Part shown: one piece after another, positions 59,886-64,000 of the stretch
How positions within the stretch are numbered: the first letter of the stretch is position 1
Layout of the letters: the number at the start of each line of letters is the position of its first letter
Source of the DNA: a candidate division FCPU426 bacterium
GTDB taxonomy: Bacteria > Oederibacteriota > PGYV01 > Palsa-1178
Direction of reading: 5' to 3'
Assembly (NCBI GenBank): GCA_963840035.1
Contig: CAWIXE010000003.1
Span: forward strand, 160,001-224,000
Length of the DNA stretch: 64,000 bases
The notes under the pieces: generated by a model
Databases searched by the model: none
Told to the model about the DNA's origin: nothing
The model's input: the letters and a program-made list of their open reading frames with translations, nothing else
Made by a program: the position numbers and the translations under genes

Positions 59886-61106
59886 ATGAAAAAATCAGCA
59901 AAGAAGGTAGTTTTAGCGTACTCAGGCGGCCTGGATACTTCCATCATCATACCGTGGCTTAAGGAAAACTATGGATGCGAAGTCATAGCCTGCGTGGTTG
60001 ATGTCGGGCAGGTTGAGGATTTTGAAAAGGTGCGCAAAAAAGCCATTGCCACAGGCGCTTCCAAGGTTTATGTCATGGATGTTAAAGAGGAGTTTGTAAA
60101 GGATTACATATTCCCGATGCTGAAGGCCGGTTCCCTTTATGAGGGAAAGTACTTCCTCGGAACTTCAATCGCGCGCCCGCTGATTGCCAAGGCGCAGGTT
60201 GATATAGCCATTAAAGAAGGCGCTGACGCGGTATGCCACGGAGCCACGGGAAAGGGAAATGACCAGGTACGTTTTGAACTGACTTTTAAAGCATTAGCCC
60301 CGCACTTAAAGATTATCGCGCCGTGGAGGGAGTGGGACATTAAGTCGCGCTCGCAGGCCATTGATTACGCCACGGCCCGCAACATCCCCATAGTCGCCAC
60401 TAAGAAAAAACCATATTCGGAAGACGATAACCTCTGGCACATATCGCACGAGGGCGGCATCCTTGAAGACCCGGGAGCGGAACCGCCGGATAATATTTTA
60501 AGCAAAATCAACACCCTTGAAAAGGCGCCAAATAAGGCCGAGTATGTTTCCATAGATTTTGTAAAAGGCATACCTGTCGCGGTTAACGGAAAGAAACTTT
60601 CGCCGCTCGCGCTGGTAAACAAGCTTAACGCCATCGGCGGCAAGCACGGCATAGGTTTTGTGGACATGGTGGAGAACAGGCTCGTGGGGATAAAGTCGCG
60701 CGGCACATATGAGACGCCGGGAGGCACCATACTTTACACCGCGCACAGGGAACTTGAGGAGATAACCACGGACAAGGACACGTTCCACTACAAGCAGATG
60801 ATCGCCATTAAATTCGGCGAGATGATCTATACGGGCATGTGGTTCGCGCCGCTGCGCGAGGCACTGACCGCTTTTATCGACAAGACGCAGGAAACGGTAA
60901 CGGGAAATGTAAAACTGAAGCTTTACAAAGGCAACATCCGCGTGGCGGCAAAGACCTCGCCGTACTCGATGTACAGCGAGGCCATGGCCACGTTTGAGGA
61001 AGAGGAAGTTTACAACCAGAAGGACGCGGAAGGGTTTATCAACCTTTACGGGCTTCAGCTTAAGATATTCAACCAGATACAGAAAAAGAAGAAGGGTAAA
61101 GGTTAA
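59886..61106 (+). CDS. argG: Argininosuccinate synthase
   Basis: [32 protein letters not shown]. Confidence 0.97.
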   Translation: MKKSAKKVVLAYSGGLDTSIIIPWLKENYGCEVIACVVDVGQVEDFEKVRKKAIATGASKVYVMDVKEEFVKDYIFPMLKAGSLYEGKYFLGTSIARPLIAKAQVDIAIKEGADAVCHGATGKGNDQVRFELTFKALAPHLKIIAPWREWDIKSRSQAIDYATARNIPIVATKKKPYSEDDNLWHISHEGGILEDPGAEPPDNILSKINTLEKAPNKAEYVSIDFVKGIPVAVNGKKLSPLALVNKLNAIGGKHGIGFVDMVENRLVGIKSRGTYETPGGTILYTAHRELEEITTDKDTFHYKQMIAIKFGEMIYTGMWFAPLREALTAFIDKTQETVTGNVKLKLYKGNIRVAAKTSPYSMYSEAMATFEEEEVYNQKDAEGFINLYGLQLKIFNQIQKKKKGKG

Positions 61107-61217
61107 TCTTTAACCCTTATCCTCATCCTTATCCTTAGCCTGTAGAATTTTTTTAAAGCAGAGGCCAAGAGCTAAGGAAAAGTATTAAGGATAAGGATAA
61201 GAAAAACGAGGTGCCGT

Positions 61218-62591
61218 ATGGCTAAAACATGGGAAGGCAGATTCAAGAAAAAACTGGACGCGGACGCGGACCTCTTTAACGCTTCCATTTCATTTGATAA
61301 GAGGCTTTTTAAGTGCGACGTAAAGGCGGGCCTTGCCCACGCTAAGGCATTAAGCAAAGCCGGGATAATCTCGGCCAAAGAGGCGAAATCCATAACATCC
61401 GGCTTAAAAAAGCTCCTGAAAAAAGAGGCCGTAATTGATTTTTCGGCGTATGAGGATGTTCACTCGGCGGTGGAAACAGAGCTGTCAAAAATAATCGGTG
61501 AAGCCGGCAAGAAACTCCACACGGGCCGTTCGCGCAACGACCTTGTGGCTACTGATACCAGGATGTACATCATGGGCGAGATTAAGGAAGTAAAAGACCT
61601 GGTCAAAAATCTCATGACGGTTATTGTAAATAAAGCGCAGGACAGCGCCGGCATATTCATGCCGGGATATACGCACATGCAGCACGCGCAGGTAATTTCA
61701 GCCGGGCACTGGCTGCTGGCTTACGCCTCCATGCTAAAGCGCGACTGGGACCTTTTTGACTTCGCGGGCAAGCGCGCCGACAGGCTGACCATAGGAAGCG
61801 GGGCGCTGGCCGGCTCAAACTATAAGATAGACCGCGCATTGCTGGCAAGGCAAGCCGGGTTCACAAACGTGGCGGAAAATTCCATAGACGCCGTATCAGA
61901 CAGGGATTTTGTCCTGGATTTTCTTTACGCGTCGTCTGTAACGGCGGCCCACCTTTCGCGCCTTGCCGAGGAAATAATCATTTATAATTCCAACGAGTTC
62001 TCGTTTATCGAGATAGACGACACGTTTGCCACGGGTTCCTCCATCATGCCGCAAAAGAAGAACCCTGACATAGCTGAGCTTATCCGCGGTAAAGCGGGCA
62101 AGTTCTTCGGAGGCCTCATGGCCGGGCTTACCATGATAAAGGGCCTTCCGCTGGCCTATAATAAGGACATGCAGGAAGACAAGGTACTGCTTTTTAAGCG
62201 CCTTGATGAGATAAAGGAGATACTTTTCATCACCGCGAAATTTTTAAAAAACATAAGCTTTAAAGAGGAAAACCTGGCAAAGCAGCTTCAGGATTCCTTC
62301 ATGTATGCCGTGGACATAGCGGACTACCTGGCGAAAAAAGGCGTTCCTTTCCGCGACAGCCATAAGATAACGGGGCAGATGGTTTCATACGCCATAGAGA
62401 GTTCAAAGCCTTTCGCTAATTTCGAGGAATTTGAGCTGAAAAAATTCTCCGACAAGTTCGGGGATGATTATTATGAGATGTTTGACCCGGTGAAATCAAC
62501 AAATTCAAAATTAACGTCAGGTTCCACTTCGGCGGCGTCCATAAAGGCGCAGATTACCGCGATGAAGAAATTTTTAAAAACAGGCAAATAA
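61218..62591 (+). CDS. argH: Argininosuccinate lyase
   Basis: LHTGRSRND, GYTHMQ, GSSIMPQKKNPD. Confidence 0.97.
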   Translation: MAKTWEGRFKKKLDADADLFNASISFDKRLFKCDVKAGLAHAKALSKAGIISAKEAKSITSGLKKLLKKEAVIDFSAYEDVHSAVETELSKIIGEAGKKLHTGRSRNDLVATDTRMYIMGEIKEVKDLVKNLMTVIVNKAQDSAGIFMPGYTHMQHAQVISAGHWLLAYASMLKRDWDLFDFAGKRADRLTIGSGALAGSNYKIDRALLARQAGFTNVAENSIDAVSDRDFVLDFLYASSVTAAHLSRLAEEIIIYNSNEFSFIEIDDTFATGSSIMPQKKNPDIAELIRGKAGKFFGGLMAGLTMIKGLPLAYNKDMQEDKVLLFKRLDEIKEILFITAKFLKNISFKEENLAKQLQDSFMYAVDIADYLAKKGVPFRDSHKITGQMVSYAIESSKPFANFEEFELKKFSDKFGDDYYEMFDPVKSTNSKLTSGSTSAASIKAQITAMKKFLKTGK

Positions 62592-62743
62592 ACGACGGCA
62601 GCCGCAACCTTGAGGTTGCGCAACGCAGGTCTTCCGAGCCCGCGACGAGAACAGTATAAGCGGCCTTGAGTTCTAAGGCCGGGCGAGCCACCGGCTCGCC
62701 CCTACGAAGGCAAAAAATACAAATACAATTACAAAGGAATAAC

Positions 62744-63211
62744 ATGAAAGCCGAACATCACATAGCATTATCCGCGCCTGTGGCAGCCGGCGTCTGGTTT
62801 GCCACCCACAGCTGGTTTTACACTGTCATGGCGTTCCTCCTTGGTTTCCTGGTGGATGTGGACCATGTATTTGATTACATCAGGGAAGAGGGGAAATTTG
62901 ACTGGGACCATATGTTCAAAAAATCCTACGACGGCGACTTTAAAAAACTGTACGTTATTTTTCACGCCTATGAGTACATCCCCCTGGCATGGATTGCCGG
63001 ATTTTTAATGAACAACTGGACATTTCCGGCTGTCTTTACCGCGGCTTATCTGACCCATATGATACCCGACCAGCTTATGAATAACGTAAAGCCCCTGGGG
63101 TATTTCATGACATACAGGATAATCAAGAAGTTTTACTGGAAGGAACTGTTTTATAAAAAAAGGCCGTATGGCACAAAAAATAGCACGGCGAAACGGGGTA
63201 AAAAGAGATGA
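62744..63211 (+). CDS. Small membrane-bound metal-dependent hydrolase-like protein
   Basis: HH..., DVDH, FHAYE, THMIPD motifs. Start reassigned to ATG 62744. Confidence 0.65.
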   Translation: MKAEHHIALSAPVAAGVWFATHSWFYTVMAFLLGFLVDVDHVFDYIREEGKFDWDHMFKKSYDGDFKKLYVIFHAYEYIPLAWIAGFLMNNWTFPAVFTAAYLTHMIPDQLMNNVKPLGYFMTYRIIKKFYWKELFYKKRPYGTKNSTAKRGKKR

Positions 63212-64000
63212 ACATTTTTTACAAGATATTCATAATGATATTTTTAAACGGAGCGGGCACCGCGTTGTCCCAGGTTGTCCTATACAGGGAGATTTCATAC
63301 CAGACAATGCCGGGGATTATAGCTATGGCCGCCTCTGCCGCGGGATGGCTCGCAGGCATATTGCTGGGCTATTACCTTTTAAACTCCAGGCAAATAGAAA
63401 AAGCCACGCCCGCAAAACTTGAAATATTATTCGGAATGTCAATGGTGGCTTTGGCGTTCTTAACGCCGGCGCTTATGTTCGCGGTGCGTTATTTCAAGCC
63501 TGTAATGAAGCTTGCTGCGGACACACCTGCGCCATACTGGGCGCAGTGGCTGCCTGCCAATAATTGTGTTTTCACTGGTCTCATTAACGGCAACGGCGGG
63601 TTTTTTAGCGGCGCTTGAAACTTTAAAAAGGCAGCGCGCGGGAGTGAAATCAAGGGAACCTTATATATTCCTGGCGGCAGGCGTAATAATGGCCGCGTTT
63701 TTCTATTCGGTTTTCCTTGAGGCAAAGTACCAGAACATTGACGTGATTTATACCCTGGGCATCTTGGAACTTGCAATGGTTTACCTTCTCTTCAGGGGAA
63801 AGACCATGGAGGCGAGGTTTACCATGCTGGCGGTAATTGTTGCCGCCATAATTTATTTCGGGTTCAATGTCGGCGGGTTTAAGGAAAAGGTGGATACAGC
63901 ATCCAAAAGGGCTTCATTCTCCGGATTTACCATAATCGCGGACAGGGAATACGCCACAATAAGGTTTACCATGGCTAAAAAAGATGATGCCTATTATATC
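63208..64000 (+). pseudogene. Frameshifted multi-TM protein resembling the N-terminus of fused MFS/spermidine-synthase-like proteins; runs off the window
   Basis: GAGTALSQVVLYRE start. Removing the duplicated TGCC at 63551-63558 restores an ORF open to 64000 (PIIVFSLVSL...DDAYYI). Confidence 0.65.

Overview
Mostly core chromosome of a diderm (Gram-negative-type) bacterium of moderate GC. The mix of LPS heptosyltransferase, beta-barrels, rny-ymdB and Thr-rich CTD-bearing giant proteins resembles candidate phyla such as Goldiibacteriota, but that is inference only. Left to right: the end of a GT2 gene; a TPR-PBP fusion; a REP-rich variable patch (lipoprotein plus barrel, orphan XRE antitoxin, NTF2-fold immunity gene, 108-bp REP array); a LivJ-like protein and two tandem PilB/GspE ATPases; a degenerate galactokinase-like gene, mtaB, hinT, rlmD-like and menA-like genes; a heterodimeric ABC exporter; five tRNAs plus a tRNA-Arg-derived 176-bp repeat; two AT-rich glycosyltransferases; a CHASE2 adenylate cyclase; tRNA-Leu-tig-clpP-clpX-lon; a polysaccharide locus; DUF2723-TPR, ymdB, rny and 6S RNA; a beta-barrel plus a 1713-aa modular secreted protein with a T9SS/FlgD-like CTD; an IS30; argBDFGH; and a frameshifted membrane gene. 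The most unusual signals are: (1) tandem tRNA-Arg(TCT) copies carrying an 80-nt structured D-loop insert that can form two alternative folds, (2) a dozen or more sequence-unrelated heptamer-periodic elements, many of them inverted hairpins, sitting between stop codons and RBSs, (3) an IS30 with a 15-bp target duplication that separates an ARG-box-like palindrome from the arg promoter, (4) a REP-bracketed cassette island and (5) a GHMP pseudokinase. All calls come from reading motifs by eye; no searches were run.
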